Position numbers and translations under genes: made by a program | The notes under the pieces: model-generated | The model's input: the letters and a program-made list of their open reading frames with translations, nothing else | Database searches by the model: none | Told to the model about the DNA's origin: nothing | From: an uncultured bacterium | GTDB taxonomy: Bacteria > SAR324 > NAC60-12 | DNA: 64,000 nt | NCBI GenBank assembly: GCA_965662235.1 | Contig: CBFIGY010000001.1 | Location: forward strand, 256,942 to 320,941 | Direction: 5' to 3' | Part shown: positions 41,385 through 50,999 of the stretch, piece by piece | How positions within the stretch are numbered: position 1 is the stretch's first letter | Layout: the number at the start of each line of letters is the position of its first letter

Positions 41385-41975
41385 ATGACGGACCGCATCG
41401 CTGAGCTGGAACGAGTCACCAAGGAGACACGCATTCAGGTCAAAGTGAATCTGGACGGAACCGGGCAGCAGGACATCCACACCGGAATTGGATTCCTGGA
41501 CCACATGCTCCAGCAGCTGGCCTTTCATGGCCTACTGGACCTCGTGGTGCAGTGTGAAGGAGACCTGCACATCGACGGACACCATACCACCGAAGACATT
41601 GCTCTTGCGTTGGGACAGGCCGTTTTGGAAGCCCTTGGGACGAAGCAGGGCATTCAGCGCTACGGACACGCCTATGTGCCCATGGATGAGGCGCTGCTCC
41701 GGTGTGTGCTGGACCTTTCCGGACGTCCGGACTTTGTGATGCAGGGGCAGTTCACTCAACCGATGATCGGGGAGCTGGACACTCAGCTGATTCCGCACTT
41801 TTTCAAGTCCTTTGCCATTGCCTCCAAGACCACCCTGCACCTGGCGATTCTCTATGGAGAAAACGACCACCACAAGTGTGAAGGACTGTTCAAGGCGTTT
41901 GCTCGGGCGCTCCGTCAAGCTGTTGAAGCCGACCCTCGACGCGGAGAAGTGACGTCGACCAAGGGAGTGCTCTGA
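41385..41975 (+). CDS. hisB: imidazoleglycerol-phosphate dehydratase
   Basis: IGFLDHML...GDLHIDGHHTTEDIALALGQA are the IGPD motifs. Confidence 0.9.
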   Translation: MTDRIAELERVTKETRIQVKVNLDGTGQQDIHTGIGFLDHMLQQLAFHGLLDLVVQCEGDLHIDGHHTTEDIALALGQAVLEALGTKQGIQRYGHAYVPMDEALLRCVLDLSGRPDFVMQGQFTQPMIGELDTQLIPHFFKSFAIASKTTLHLAILYGENDHHKCEGLFKAFARALRQAVEADPRRGEVTSTKGVL

Positions 41976-41976
41976 C

Positions 41977-42582
41977 ATGACCAATGTCATCATTGACTAC
42001 AACGTCGGAAACCTGGCCAATCTGAAAAACGCCCTGGATTTCATTGAGGCTGATGTGGAAGTGGTACGGACTCCGGAGCCCATTCTGCACGCCTCCCGTA
42101 TCCTTCTTCCCGGAGTGGGCGCTTTTGGTCCTGCCATGCAGCACCTCAAGGACTCTGGAATGCTGGAAGCCATTGAGGCACGAAGGCAGGCTGGGGTTCC
42201 TCTGCTTGGCATCTGCGTGGGCGCTCAGCTGCTGCTCGAGGAAGGCGAAGAGGATGGTCCGTTTGCCGGGTTGGGTTGGATTCCAGGAACCGTTCAGCGC
42301 TTTCGGCACCAGCTCAAGGTCCCTCAGATCGGCTGGAATGCCGTCCGTCCGCTTCAGGAAGATCCGTTGCTGACGGGAATTGCGTCCGGAAGCTACTTCT
42401 ACTTTGTGCACTCCTACCACATGCAGCCCACTCATCCGGAGCAGGTGCTGGCGGAGACCGACTACGGCTACGCCTTTGCCTCGGTGGTCCGTCGAGACAA
42501 CGTCTGGGGCGTCCAGTTCCATCCGGAGAAGAGCCAAAACGCAGGGCTTCAGCTCCTCAAGAACTTTTGCACGCTGACCTGA
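41977..42582 (+). CDS. hisH: imidazole glycerol phosphate synthase, glutamine amidotransferase subunit
   Basis: Class I GATase with GICVGAQLL (catalytic Cys) and HPEKS. Confidence 0.9.
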   Translation: MTNVIIDYNVGNLANLKNALDFIEADVEVVRTPEPILHASRILLPGVGAFGPAMQHLKDSGMLEAIEARRQAGVPLLGICVGAQLLLEEGEEDGPFAGLGWIPGTVQRFRHQLKVPQIGWNAVRPLQEDPLLTGIASGSYFYFVHSYHMQPTHPEQVLAETDYGYAFASVVRRDNVWGVQFHPEKSQNAGLQLLKNFCTLT

Positions 42583-42621
42583 ACCGGTCAGTTCTTTTCA
42601 ACCCTAGCCAATCAATCCGAA

Positions 42622-43053
42622 ATGGCCATTGAGCAAACCCTCTCGATCATCAAGCCTGATGGTGTGGAACGAAACCTTGTGGGAAGCATCCTGCAACGCT
42701 TTGAGCAAAACGGACTGCGCATCGTCGCAACAAAGATGAAGCACCTCTCGCTTCGGGAAGCCGAAGGGTTCTATGACGTTCACCGGGAGCGCCCCTTCTT
42801 TGGGGAACTGACCGAGTTCATGACCCGGAGCCCTGTGGTGGTGACCGTCTTGGAAGGAGAGAACGCTGTGGCCAAGCACCGCGAGGTGATGGGCGCGACC
42901 AACCCTGCAGAAGCTGCAGAAGGTACCATTCGCAAGGACTTCGCCCAGAGCATTGGAGAGAACACGGTTCACGGCTCGGACAGCCTGGAGAATGCGGCAA
43001 TTGAAATTGCCTACTTCTTTTCAACCACTGAGTTGGTGAACTCCGGTCAGTAA
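42622..43053 (+). CDS. ndk: nucleoside diphosphate kinase
   Basis: [15 protein letters not shown]...NTVHGSDS with the active-site His. Confidence 0.9.
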   Translation: MAIEQTLSIIKPDGVERNLVGSILQRFEQNGLRIVATKMKHLSLREAEGFYDVHRERPFFGELTEFMTRSPVVVTVLEGENAVAKHREVMGATNPAEAAEGTIRKDFAQSIGENTVHGSDSLENAAIEIAYFFSTTELVNSGQ

Positions 43054-43062
43054 GACCGGCTC

Positions 43063-43082
43063 GGCTCTTCTCCGGAAGAGCC
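43063..43082. terminator. GC hairpin between convergent ndk and yihA (possible bidirectional terminator)
   Basis: GGCTCTTC-tccg-GAAGAGCC is a perfect 8-bp stem. There is no clear U-tract on either strand. Confidence 0.3.
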
Positions 43083-43089
43083 GTTCAGT

Positions 43090-43695
43090 TCAGGAGGCAG
43101 GCTCTCGAACACCTGCCAGTCCCAGCCAGGGTCCCAGGGCTTTCCAGATTTCTGAGCGTCCTAGCTTGTCCAGTGACGAGTGCTTGAGGGGCGGTTCCGT
43201 CAGGTGGAGGGTTTCTCGGATGAGCTTGAGCTGCTTCGGGATGTCGTTCTTGCGGAGCTTATCGATCTTGTTGGCCACCACGAGGGTGGGACGTTGGTGG
43301 AAGTCGAGCCATTCCTTGAGTTGCTGGTCCTGCTTGGTTGGGCCATGTCGACTGTCCACAATCAGCACCACCCCTGTCAGCTGCTCCCGTTGCGAGAGGT
43401 AGGCTTCAATGAGCTTCCGCCACCCGGCGCTCACGGAGTCAGGCACCTTGGCGTATCCGTACCCGGGAAGGTCGACGCAGTGAAACTGCTGGTTGATGAT
43501 GAAGAAGTTGATCAACTGCGTCTTTCCGGGGGTGGCACTGGTTTTGACAAGCCCCTTGCGGTTAAGCAACGAGTTGATCAGAGTCGACTTTCCAACATTG
43601 GAACGACCGGCAAACGCCACTTCCGGAAGCGTGGTTTGAGGAAACTGTCGCGGGGCGGCAGCGCTGAGGACAAGCTCTGAGCTGGTGACTTTCAC
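43090..43695 (-). CDS. yihA: ribosome biogenesis GTP-binding protein YihA/EngB
   Basis: GRSNVGKSTLINSL P-loop and DLPGYGYA switch region. Confidence 0.85.
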   Translation of the reverse strand: MKVTSSELVLSAAAPRQFPQTTLPEVAFAGRSNVGKSTLINSLLNRKGLVKTSATPGKTQLINFFIINQQFHCVDLPGYGYAKVPDSVSAGWRKLIEAYLSQREQLTGVVLIVDSRHGPTKQDQQLKEWLDFHQRPTLVVANKIDKLRKNDIPKQLKLIRETLHLTEPPLKHSSLDKLGRSEIWKALGPWLGLAGVREPAS

Positions 43696-44750
43696 GAAGG
43701 ATCCTTTTCAGGCTTGGAAGCCGGGCCTTCGCCCTCTGGTTGAGAAGTGGAGTCTCCGTTGGAGGCCTCTGGCTTGGGAGCCTCCGGGGGGGTCGCAGGA
43801 GAAGCTTCTGGCGCCTCTGGGGTCGCTGCAGAATCCGGGCTCTCTTGAACGTGAGAAGCCGCTTCGGAAATTTCCACAGTGTCTTCAGCAGCCGTTGAGG
43901 TCCGCAAAGAGGCACCAAAGAGCTGCTGCGAGGCTTGGTCTAAGGCTTGAAGTGGAAACTCTGGTTCGCGATGTGCGAGGTCAAAGTACAACAACGCCGA
44001 GAGCAATGCGGCAAAGGGAGAGAAGAGCAACGCCGTCAGGTGCTGCGCCCAGCTGATGGACTGCAGGAACCCGGAGCTGGTGAGCAGTTGCTCCAGCATC
44101 GACACTTGTTGCTCGTCCATTTCCATGCTCAAATTCTGAGCGGGCTCAAGGCTTGGAAGAAAGAGCTGAAGGACCAAAAACAAGATTCCGATTTGCACCG
44201 CGTAGCTGAACAGGGTAACACTAAACACTCGGGGCAGGTTGTGACGAACCAGTCGGAAGCTCCGGACCAGTGCCTGCATCCCACGTAAGCCCTCAACGGC
44301 AAACACCTGCTGAGCCAGCGCAAAGAAGAAGTGACTGAGCATCCAGAAGGCGACCAGCAGGAAGTTCATGGGAAACGGAAGCATGACTCCGGTCAGTCCC
44401 AGAAAGCGGATCATGTACAGCAGGACCGCAATGTGGAGCGCGCCAAAGAACATCCGGGAGCGCAGGAGGTTCAGCAGCTTGCCGGTGGGAAACACGGTTC
44501 CAGCAGCCAGGGCAATCACTCCGAGGGTCATGGTGGCCTCCAAGACGCCCATCATGAGTGTCATGGCCAGCTGCTCCAGCTGGAAAAGCGAGCCTTCATC
44601 TGCTTGCATGCCCCCCAAGATGGCCAGCAGCATGGAAGGCACCAGCAGGACCAGGGTCAGGGTCAGCATGGCCAGCCAGTGGTTCTGATAAAGCCGGAAG
44701 CTGATGCGAAGAAGCGTGCCAAACGAGTGCGGGTAAGTCAGGAGGTTCAT
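43692..44750 (-). CDS. multi-TM membrane protein with Pro/Glu-rich C-terminal tail (hypothetical)
   Basis: At least 6 hydrophobic segments and a low-complexity C-terminus. ATGA overlap with yihA. Confidence 0.5.
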   Translation of the reverse strand: MNLLTYPHSFGTLLRISFRLYQNHWLAMLTLTLVLLVPSMLLAILGGMQADEGSLFQLEQLAMTLMMGVLEATMTLGVIALAAGTVFPTGKLLNLLRSRMFFGALHIAVLLYMIRFLGLTGVMLPFPMNFLLVAFWMLSHFFFALAQQVFAVEGLRGMQALVRSFRLVRHNLPRVFSVTLFSYAVQIGILFLVLQLFLPSLEPAQNLSMEMDEQQVSMLEQLLTSSGFLQSISWAQHLTALLFSPFAALLSALLYFDLAHREPEFPLQALDQASQQLFGASLRTSTAAEDTVEISEAASHVQESPDSAATPEAPEASPATPPEAPKPEASNGDSTSQPEGEGPASKPEKDPS

Positions 44751-44829
44751 TCAGTTCCAATCAATTTGTTGCGGATCATTAGGGGACGCGATGAAAAACA
44801 CTTTACCAAACCTACAGTTTTCATGACAA

Positions 44830-45831
44830 GTGGAAGCATCTGAACGGATCCTCTTAGATGAAACCGATTTACTGGTTGAGAACCTTCAGCAGGAGGTCTC
44901 TCGTCTTCGAGAAGAGCTGAGTTCCCTTCAGCGAGAGGCTCGGTATCGGCTAGAAGAAGAGCGAGAGCAGCACCGTCGGGTTCTGAAAGAGGAGCGGAGC
45001 TCAATTGAAGAGCGCCTGCGTGCGCAGCAGCAGCGGTTTGCGGAAGAGTTGGCCGAGCAGCACAAGCTGTTCCGGACGCTTCAGGAGCGCGTGGCCTCCT
45101 ATGAAGCTGCGACGCACACGGACAGTCCTCAGGTGCTGATGGAAAACCACCCCAGCCAGGCCCTGGGGCACCTCCTGCTGCGCTTGGATCCGCAGCTGGT
45201 ACGCATCAGCGAGCAGCTGACCCGAGCCGGACTCAAGGAGGCGCATCCGGATGCCGTTGGCTTGCTACACGCATGCCGCAAGGAAACCGAACACACCCTC
45301 CAGCAGGTTCGACGCCTGCAAAGCTACACTGAAGACTGGGAGCATGCTCCGGAACTGCATCGTGTAGAAGTGGACCTGTTGGTCTTCTTCAAGGAGCTGG
45401 CACGTCAGCAAAACTGGATGGGCCAGAACGTACGGCTCTTCGCCTCTCCCAAGCTCCCGCAGGTGGCTTATTTTGATGAGTCGTTGCTCCGGGAAGCCCT
45501 CCTGACACTGCTGAAGCAGATCCACCTGTTTGTCCCAGAGGCTCCGGTCCGGATCACCCTCAAGCGCAGCCAGGTTCCTGAGACTGAGATTCCTCGGATG
45601 CACGTCCTGCTGATCAGCGATCAGTCTTGGAAGTTTCTGGAGTCCAGCCCCCTGCGTTCCCTTCTGCAAGAGGCCTTGTCTCGTTCCGAGTTGCTGGGGC
45701 TGGACTTCTTAGTTGCCTACCGCTACATCACCCAACACGAAGGCGCCCTCCACTTTCTTGAGGAAGGCGGCGACGTGGTTGGGTTTGAGGTCCTCATTCC
45801 TCTGCTGGACCCTCCGGACTCGGAGGAGTAA
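44830..45831 (+). CDS. coiled-coil protein with degenerate histidine-kinase-like (HATPase_c-like) C-terminal region
   Basis: GTG start. N-terminal heptad-rich region. The C-terminal VEVDLLVFFKELARQQ...LLTLLKQIHLFVPE...FEVLIP resembles an N-box/ATP-lid region, but no clear G-boxes or phospho-His were seen. Confidence 0.4.
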   Translation: MEASERILLDETDLLVENLQQEVSRLREELSSLQREARYRLEEEREQHRRVLKEERSSIEERLRAQQQRFAEELAEQHKLFRTLQERVASYEAATHTDSPQVLMENHPSQALGHLLLRLDPQLVRISEQLTRAGLKEAHPDAVGLLHACRKETEHTLQQVRRLQSYTEDWEHAPELHRVEVDLLVFFKELARQQNWMGQNVRLFASPKLPQVAYFDESLLREALLTLLKQIHLFVPEAPVRITLKRSQVPETEIPRMHVLLISDQSWKFLESSPLRSLLQEALSRSELLGLDFLVAYRYITQHEGALHFLEEGGDVVGFEVLIPLLDPPDSEE

Positions 45832-47353
45832 CCGGCTTCCGGCTATAGGTTCGGGTGATGAGCCGCAACCAGTCGGCGGGAACCCGTTCTAAGTCTCCCT
45901 CCTGATAACGCCACCTCCAGTTGGCTCCTCCAACGGTTCCCGGAGTGTTCATGCGGGCCTCGGTTTCCAAACCCAGTAGGTCCTGAAGGGGCACCAGCGC
46001 CAGCTGAGCGGTGGTCGCCCAGGTGGTCCGGATCAGCTCGTAGCAAACGTTGTCCTCGTGTACGTCTCGGCTGAGGTAGTGGTTGAGGAACTCCCGCTGC
46101 GAAGCCTCCAGCGTCCGGAACCAGCCCAGAAGGGTATCGTTGTCATGGGTGCCCGTGTAGGCAACCGAATCGGTCCCCTGAATGTTGTGAGGCAGGTAGA
46201 GGTTGTCTGGATCGGAAAACGCAAACTGCAGGATCTTCATTCCTGGAAACTCGCACTGTTGCCGCAGGGCATGCACTTCGGGAGTGATGAGCCCCAAGTC
46301 TTCAGCAATCACCGGCAGCTTTCCCAGGTCCTGCTGAACCCGCTTGAAGAAGGAAAACCCGGGCCCGGGCTTCCAGTGACCGCGGATGGCGGTTGGTTCA
46401 GAAACAGGAATTTCCCAATACGACTCGAATCCTCGGAAGTGGTCGATACGGATGAGATCGAACTGACTCAGGAGGCTTCCCAGCCGTTGCCGCCACCAGA
46501 GGAATCCGGTCTTTGCCAGTTTGTCCCAGCAGTACAGAGGATTTCCCCACCGCTGTCCGGTTTCGCTGAAGTAGTCCGGAGGCACCCCAGCAATGACCGT
46601 CGGTTGTCCAGAGGCATCCAGCTCAAACAGTTCCGGATGCGCCCAGACGTCTGCGCTCTCATGAGACACAAAAATCGGCAGGTCGCCTATGATCCGGATG
46701 CCCTGCTGGTTCGCATGCTCCTTCAGGGCACGCCACTGTTCAAATCCCACCCACTGCACAAAACGCTGAAAGTCCAAGGCCTCAGCCTGTTCGGTCCGGA
46801 AGGTCCGCATGGCGGTGATGCGTCGCTTCCGGGAGCCTTCGGGCCACTGCGTCCAGGAACCCTCACCGTGCAGTTCCTTGAGGACCATGAAGGCGGCATA
46901 GTCTTCCAGCCAAAAGGCCTGCTCCTCACACCACTGGGTCCACGCCTGTTGATCGGAATCGGAGCGGTTTTGCTGAAACTGAACAAAGGCTTCCCGGAGC
47001 AGCTGCGCCTTCCGGGCCTCGGCTTCAGCAAACTGAGCCGCTTCGGCTGGAAGAGGCTCAAAGGCTTCTAGGGTTTCTGGCGCAAGCCACCCTGCGTCCA
47101 CCAGCTTTTCGGGACTGATCAGCATGGGGTTGATGGCAAAGGCGGAGGGGCTTTGGTAAGGCGAGTAGCCGAAGCCAACGGGGCCGAGCGGGAGCACCTG
47201 CCAGAGCGTCTGATGCCACTCCGCCAGCTTTTCAACAAACTGGAAGGCCGCAGGTCCCAGGTCACCCACGCCATGTGGGCCAGGCAGAGAAGTCGGGTGC
47301 AGCAAAACTCCGGAGCAGCGCTCCTGAAACCAAGAAGGGGTGGAATGTGGCAT
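45794..47353 (-). CDS. malQ: 4-alpha-glucanotransferase (amylomaltase)
   Basis: GVLLHPTSLPGPHGVGDLG at the N-terminus plus GH77 blocks (IDHFRGF, GTHDNDT). Confidence 0.85.
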   Translation of the reverse strand: MPHSTPSWFQERCSGVLLHPTSLPGPHGVGDLGPAAFQFVEKLAEWHQTLWQVLPLGPVGFGYSPYQSPSAFAINPMLISPEKLVDAGWLAPETLEAFEPLPAEAAQFAEAEARKAQLLREAFVQFQQNRSDSDQQAWTQWCEEQAFWLEDYAAFMVLKELHGEGSWTQWPEGSRKRRITAMRTFRTEQAEALDFQRFVQWVGFEQWRALKEHANQQGIRIIGDLPIFVSHESADVWAHPELFELDASGQPTVIAGVPPDYFSETGQRWGNPLYCWDKLAKTGFLWWRQRLGSLLSQFDLIRIDHFRGFESYWEIPVSEPTAIRGHWKPGPGFSFFKRVQQDLGKLPVIAEDLGLITPEVHALRQQCEFPGMKILQFAFSDPDNLYLPHNIQGTDSVAYTGTHDNDTLLGWFRTLEASQREFLNHYLSRDVHEDNVCYELIRTTWATTAQLALVPLQDLLGLETEARMNTPGTVGGANWRWRYQEGDLERVPADWLRLITRTYSRKPVTPPSPEGPAEE

Positions 47354-47513
47354 GGCTTTGAGAGAAGGAGGCGATCAGTCGAAACAATGAGGAGTGGACT
47401 TCAGGCGCAACGGTGGGGCGCTCTGTTGAATTTGTTTGAATCAGGATACCGGAAAGGAAGGAGACCAGCCAGTGGCAGGAAGGAGGCAGGCGAGAAACCT
47501 GCCTGCACTAGGG

Positions 47514-48254
47514 TTACATGTCTTTTGAGTACTTGAAGGCAAACCCGACGTTGTAGTTCTTCGTTTCAAACGTCTCACCCCCCACGCTGATCTTGCCCTC
47601 AGAGAGTTCCTTAAAGAGGTCAAAGTGGAAGTTGCTTCGCTTGTCAGCTGACGGGATGATGTAGGACCCTCCGAACGCGTACACGGTTCCATCGTAAGTC
47701 GCGGTTTCTCGGGTAAAGCGCTGGCCACTGTCGTTCTCTCCGGTGAGGAAGAAGTCGAAGTCTGGCGTCAGCACCTTGGTGACCTTGCCAAAGGGGTAGA
47801 AACCCAGCACCTGAATGGGACCTTTCTCTAGGGCCAACTCCAGTTCGCCTCCGTAAAGAAGAGTGGTGCCGTCTAGGGCCGTATTGGCCGTCTCCGCTTC
47901 CAGCGTCAACAGGCCCCCAATCACCCCGTAGCGCAGCACTAGGGACTGATCGAAGAGGGAAAACTGTCCACCATATCCAAGGCGGAGCATGCCAATGACC
48001 GGAGTCATCTGGTCGTAGAATTTGTCGGAGGTGGCATTGTCGTATCGCGAATCAATGTCAGAAACCGACGAGCAGGTCGAAGGATCTGAGACCTTGTCAA
48101 AGGCACAGAAGTCAACACTGTCAGAGGTGGTTCCGAACTTGGTTAAGGTGGCAAGGGAACCAGAGTTTGCCGTGTACGTGAGGCTCAGGTAATCGGCCTG
48201 AGCCCAAGGGACCAAACTTAGGAGGCCGATTAGGAAAATTCCAAGTTGCTTCAT
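47514..48254 (-). CDS. secreted / outer-membrane hypothetical protein
   Basis: Start trimmed to ATG 48254 (MKQLGIFLIGLLSLVPWAQA signal peptide). Beta-rich with C-terminal ...FAFKYSKDM. Confidence 0.45.
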   Translation of the reverse strand: MKQLGIFLIGLLSLVPWAQADYLSLTYTANSGSLATLTKFGTTSDSVDFCAFDKVSDPSTCSSVSDIDSRYDNATSDKFYDQMTPVIGMLRLGYGGQFSLFDQSLVLRYGVIGGLLTLEAETANTALDGTTLLYGGELELALEKGPIQVLGFYPFGKVTKVLTPDFDFFLTGENDSGQRFTRETATYDGTVYAFGGSYIIPSADKRSNFHFDLFKELSEGKISVGGETFETKNYNVGFAFKYSKDM

Positions 48255-48448
48255 GGGAAATACCCCTATTGGAGAAACATGCAGGAGCCTACTCAGGCTC
48301 AACACGGTTGGGATAGTCTACTATTCGGCATTTTCTCACAAAACTTTAGTTGGTTCCGGGAAAGAAACCGACGCCCTCAAAATCGCTAGCATCCACAGAA
48401 GGGGCCCGCTACCCTGAAGGAGCACATTTTTTGAGAGGGAGCGTTGCA

Positions 48449-48847
48449 ATGAAAGGACTATGGGGAGGCATCCTGATGCTCTGGGCCGGGACCCTGAGCG
48501 CTGCGGAGTTTTACTGCCAAACAGAGTTTTACTTGGGGTTCAATTCTCAGGAAGATGGCACTGTCACAACGTATCGTCTGCTTTCGGACAACCGGTACAT
48601 CCTGAACACGGAGAAGGAACAACTGGCTGTGTTCCGTCCCAATGATGACACCGACCTGTGTGCAAGCTCCTTTCACGACTGGGAGGTTGGCATCTTCCAG
48701 TGCCTGAGGAAGAGTGAAAACGACCAGACGCTGACGGGGTATGTTTCCTTCAACCCCAAGAACCTGAAGTTTTCTGTGATGTCTCTGGAAAAGGTGGGAT
48801 ACGAAACCCTCCACGGGGGGCTCTGTCGCAAGGTGGAGGGTTTGTAG
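48449..48847 (+). CDS. secreted cysteine-containing hypothetical protein
   Basis: Internal ATG at 48449 gives MKGLWGGILMLWAGTLSAAEF (signal peptide) and a 132-aa protein. Confidence 0.35.
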   Translation: MKGLWGGILMLWAGTLSAAEFYCQTEFYLGFNSQEDGTVTTYRLLSDNRYILNTEKEQLAVFRPNDDTDLCASSFHDWEVGIFQCLRKSENDQTLTGYVSFNPKNLKFSVMSLEKVGYETLHGGLCRKVEGL

Positions 48848-48849
48848 CG

Positions 48850-50166
48850 TTACTTCTGCGGAAGTCGCAGGTCAATCAGGTGGGTGGAGCAGGAGATGCA
48901 CGGATCGTACGCCCGGGCCAAGCGTTCCAGGTTGGCCTTGAGCAGGGTTTCTCCTCCTTCGCGGTCGTCCTCGAGCCACTTCTGCACCGTCTGGTGGATG
49001 TCAGCCTCAATCTGCGCCAGGTTCTGCGCTGTTGGGGTGACAATGTCCGCATCCACCACCACACCGCTGGTGTTGAGGGTGTAGCTGTGAAAGAGCGTCC
49101 CGCGCGGAACCTCCATGGCAGCAGTCCCAGTCCGGTTTTCCTTTGGTAAAGAGATCGTCGGGGCTTCCGGAGGCGCTGAGAGCTGGCCGAGCTCCTGACA
49201 CAGTTCAATCGTCTGCTCGCAGCAGTGGACCAACTCAATGAACTGGCCGGCGTTGTTCAGCAGGGGATTGGGAGGCACTTGCTCGCCAAAGAGGCGGTCG
49301 GCGACCCGAGCGGCTTCTCCCTTCAGCTGACCCCGGTGGTGCGTCAGCCGAGCAAGCGAGCCCACCATGAAGGGTTGGTCTGAGTAAAGGGACTGCTTTG
49401 CCGTGGAGTGCTTGACCACGCTCTCATTGACAAACTTTCGGAAATCCGAGACCGGAACGGCTTCTTCGGTGCTCGCATGAATCGTGTGACCAATGCCCAG
49501 CCCCAGCGCGTTTCGTTCTGGCCCCAGCGCGACAAAGGTCCGGTCCGACTCTGCAAAGCTCGGGTTTTCCAGTGAGGCCACCAGCGGCTCCATGCCTTCC
49601 AGAATCCGGAGGCAGGCTTCAGCCTCCTTGCGGATCTCATCAAACACCTTCCTGGCGGGCCACGTTCCCACGCCACCAACCAGCATGTTGACCGGGTGAA
49701 TGGCGCGTCCGCCGATGCGTTCCTGAATCAGGTTGCCGAACTTCTTCAGCCGCAGTGCTCCCTTGACCTCATCTCCATGCTGCTGCTGCATGTCCAGCAC
49801 GCTGGGCAGCCCCAGATAATCTGGAACCGCCAGCATGAAGAAGTGCAGGGCGTGCGACTCAATCATTTCTCCGTGATTGAGGAGGTCCCTCAAGCGCAGC
49901 ACCGGTTCAGATACCTGAACCTGCAGGGCGTCCTCCAGCGCCGTGATGGAGCAGAGGGCGTGTGCTGCAGAGCAGATGGCACAGACGCGACAGACAATGC
50001 CGGGCACCTCTCGATACGGGTGCCCCCGGAGGAGCGCCTCATAGAAGCGGGATCCTTCAAAAATGCCCATCTGACAGGAAACCTGATCCTGCTCATCCAA
50101 TGTGACCTGAATGCCCCCATGCCCTTCGACACGATAGAGGTGGGGAATCTCAATGACCTGTCCCAT
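48850..50166 (-). CDS. [NiFe]-hydrogenase large (alpha) subunit, group 3b sulfhydrogenase-type
   Basis: N-terminal RVEGHGG and RVCAICSAAH (L1 CxxC), C-terminal DPCISCSTH (DPCxxCxxH). Confidence 0.8.
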   Translation of the reverse strand: MGQVIEIPHLYRVEGHGGIQVTLDEQDQVSCQMGIFEGSRFYEALLRGHPYREVPGIVCRVCAICSAAHALCSITALEDALQVQVSEPVLRLRDLLNHGEMIESHALHFFMLAVPDYLGLPSVLDMQQQHGDEVKGALRLKKFGNLIQERIGGRAIHPVNMLVGGVGTWPARKVFDEIRKEAEACLRILEGMEPLVASLENPSFAESDRTFVALGPERNALGLGIGHTIHASTEEAVPVSDFRKFVNESVVKHSTAKQSLYSDQPFMVGSLARLTHHRGQLKGEAARVADRLFGEQVPPNPLLNNAGQFIELVHCCEQTIELCQELGQLSAPPEAPTISLPKENRTGTAAMEVPRGTLFHSYTLNTSGVVVDADIVTPTAQNLAQIEADIHQTVQKWLEDDREGGETLLKANLERLARAYDPCISCSTHLIDLRLPQK

Positions 50167-50168
50167 GC

Positions 50169-50999
50169 TTATGCTGACTCAGAAGAGGAAATGCGTTGAC
50201 GTCCGCGACGTTCCGGGTCCTGAGCCCATTCCCGTCGCAAGTGGTGATTGACCCAAGCGGGCGCTGAGTAGCGCTGAATCTGATCAATGACATCCGCTTT
50301 GGAAAGCCCGTGCTCGCTGAAGAGCTGGGCGGTGGCATCATAGTGCGGCTCGTCCACAGGGCCTCGGCACCCGTAGCAGGGCACCCCGAGGCTGGGACAA
50401 CGGGCCTTGCACCCTCCAGCGCTGATGGGACCGCAGCAGACAATCCCTCGGGTCTTGACCAGACAGAGGTTTTCCGCAATGCGGCATTCGGAACAGACCG
50501 AGTAGTCGTGCCGTTCCGGGGTGGTGCGCTGCAGGATGGCAATCAGGGTCCGGAGGAACTCCTCCTTTTCAATGGGACAGCCTGGGACGGCAAAGTCCAC
50601 TGGCACAAAATCACTGACAGGGTGGGCCTGATCGAGGTTGACCTCGTCGAGGTCCTTGCCCTGATAGACCAGTTGGTGAAGCAGCTCAAGGGGCAACTCG
50701 TTGCGCATCGCCGGAATCCCTCCCCAGACGGCGCAGGTGCCAATGGCCAACAGGTTCTCGGCATGGGACCGGACGTTGAGCAAGAGGTCCAAGTCCCGCT
50801 GGGTGCAGACGGAGCCTTCGACAATGGCGAGGTCCAGGCGTTCTTCCAGCCCCTCTGCAGAAGAGGCCATGCCAAATTTGATGATCTCAATCCGACTGGC
50901 CAGATCCACCAGCTCGTCTTCACAGTTGAGGATGACCAGCTGGTCTCCCGCACAGCCGGTCAGGCCAAAGATTCCGACACGGGGTTTGATTCGCTTCAT
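50169..50999 (-). CDS. [NiFe]-hydrogenase small (delta) subunit, group 3
   Basis: MKRIKPRVGIFGLTGCAGDQ (NuoB-like proximal cluster) and a C-terminal Cys-rich region. Confidence 0.75.
   Translation of the reverse strand: MKRIKPRVGIFGLTGCAGDQLVILNCEDELVDLASRIEIIKFGMASSAEGLEERLDLAIVEGSVCTQRDLDLLLNVRSHAENLLAIGTCAVWGGIPAMRNELPLELLHQLVYQGKDLDEVNLDQAHPVSDFVPVDFAVPGCPIEKEEFLRTLIAILQRTTPERHDYSVCSECRIAENLCLVKTRGIVCCGPISAGGCKARCPSLGVPCYGCRGPVDEPHYDATAQLFSEHGLSKADVIDQIQRYSAPAWVNHHLRREWAQDPERRGRQRISSSESA

Noticed and set aside
47477-47499. GC hairpin (GCAGGC-gagaaacc-GCCTGC) between the secreted-protein gene and the malQ start
   Set aside because: There is no U-tract on either strand, so I do not call it a terminator. 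It may still be a structural element of the malQ promoter region.
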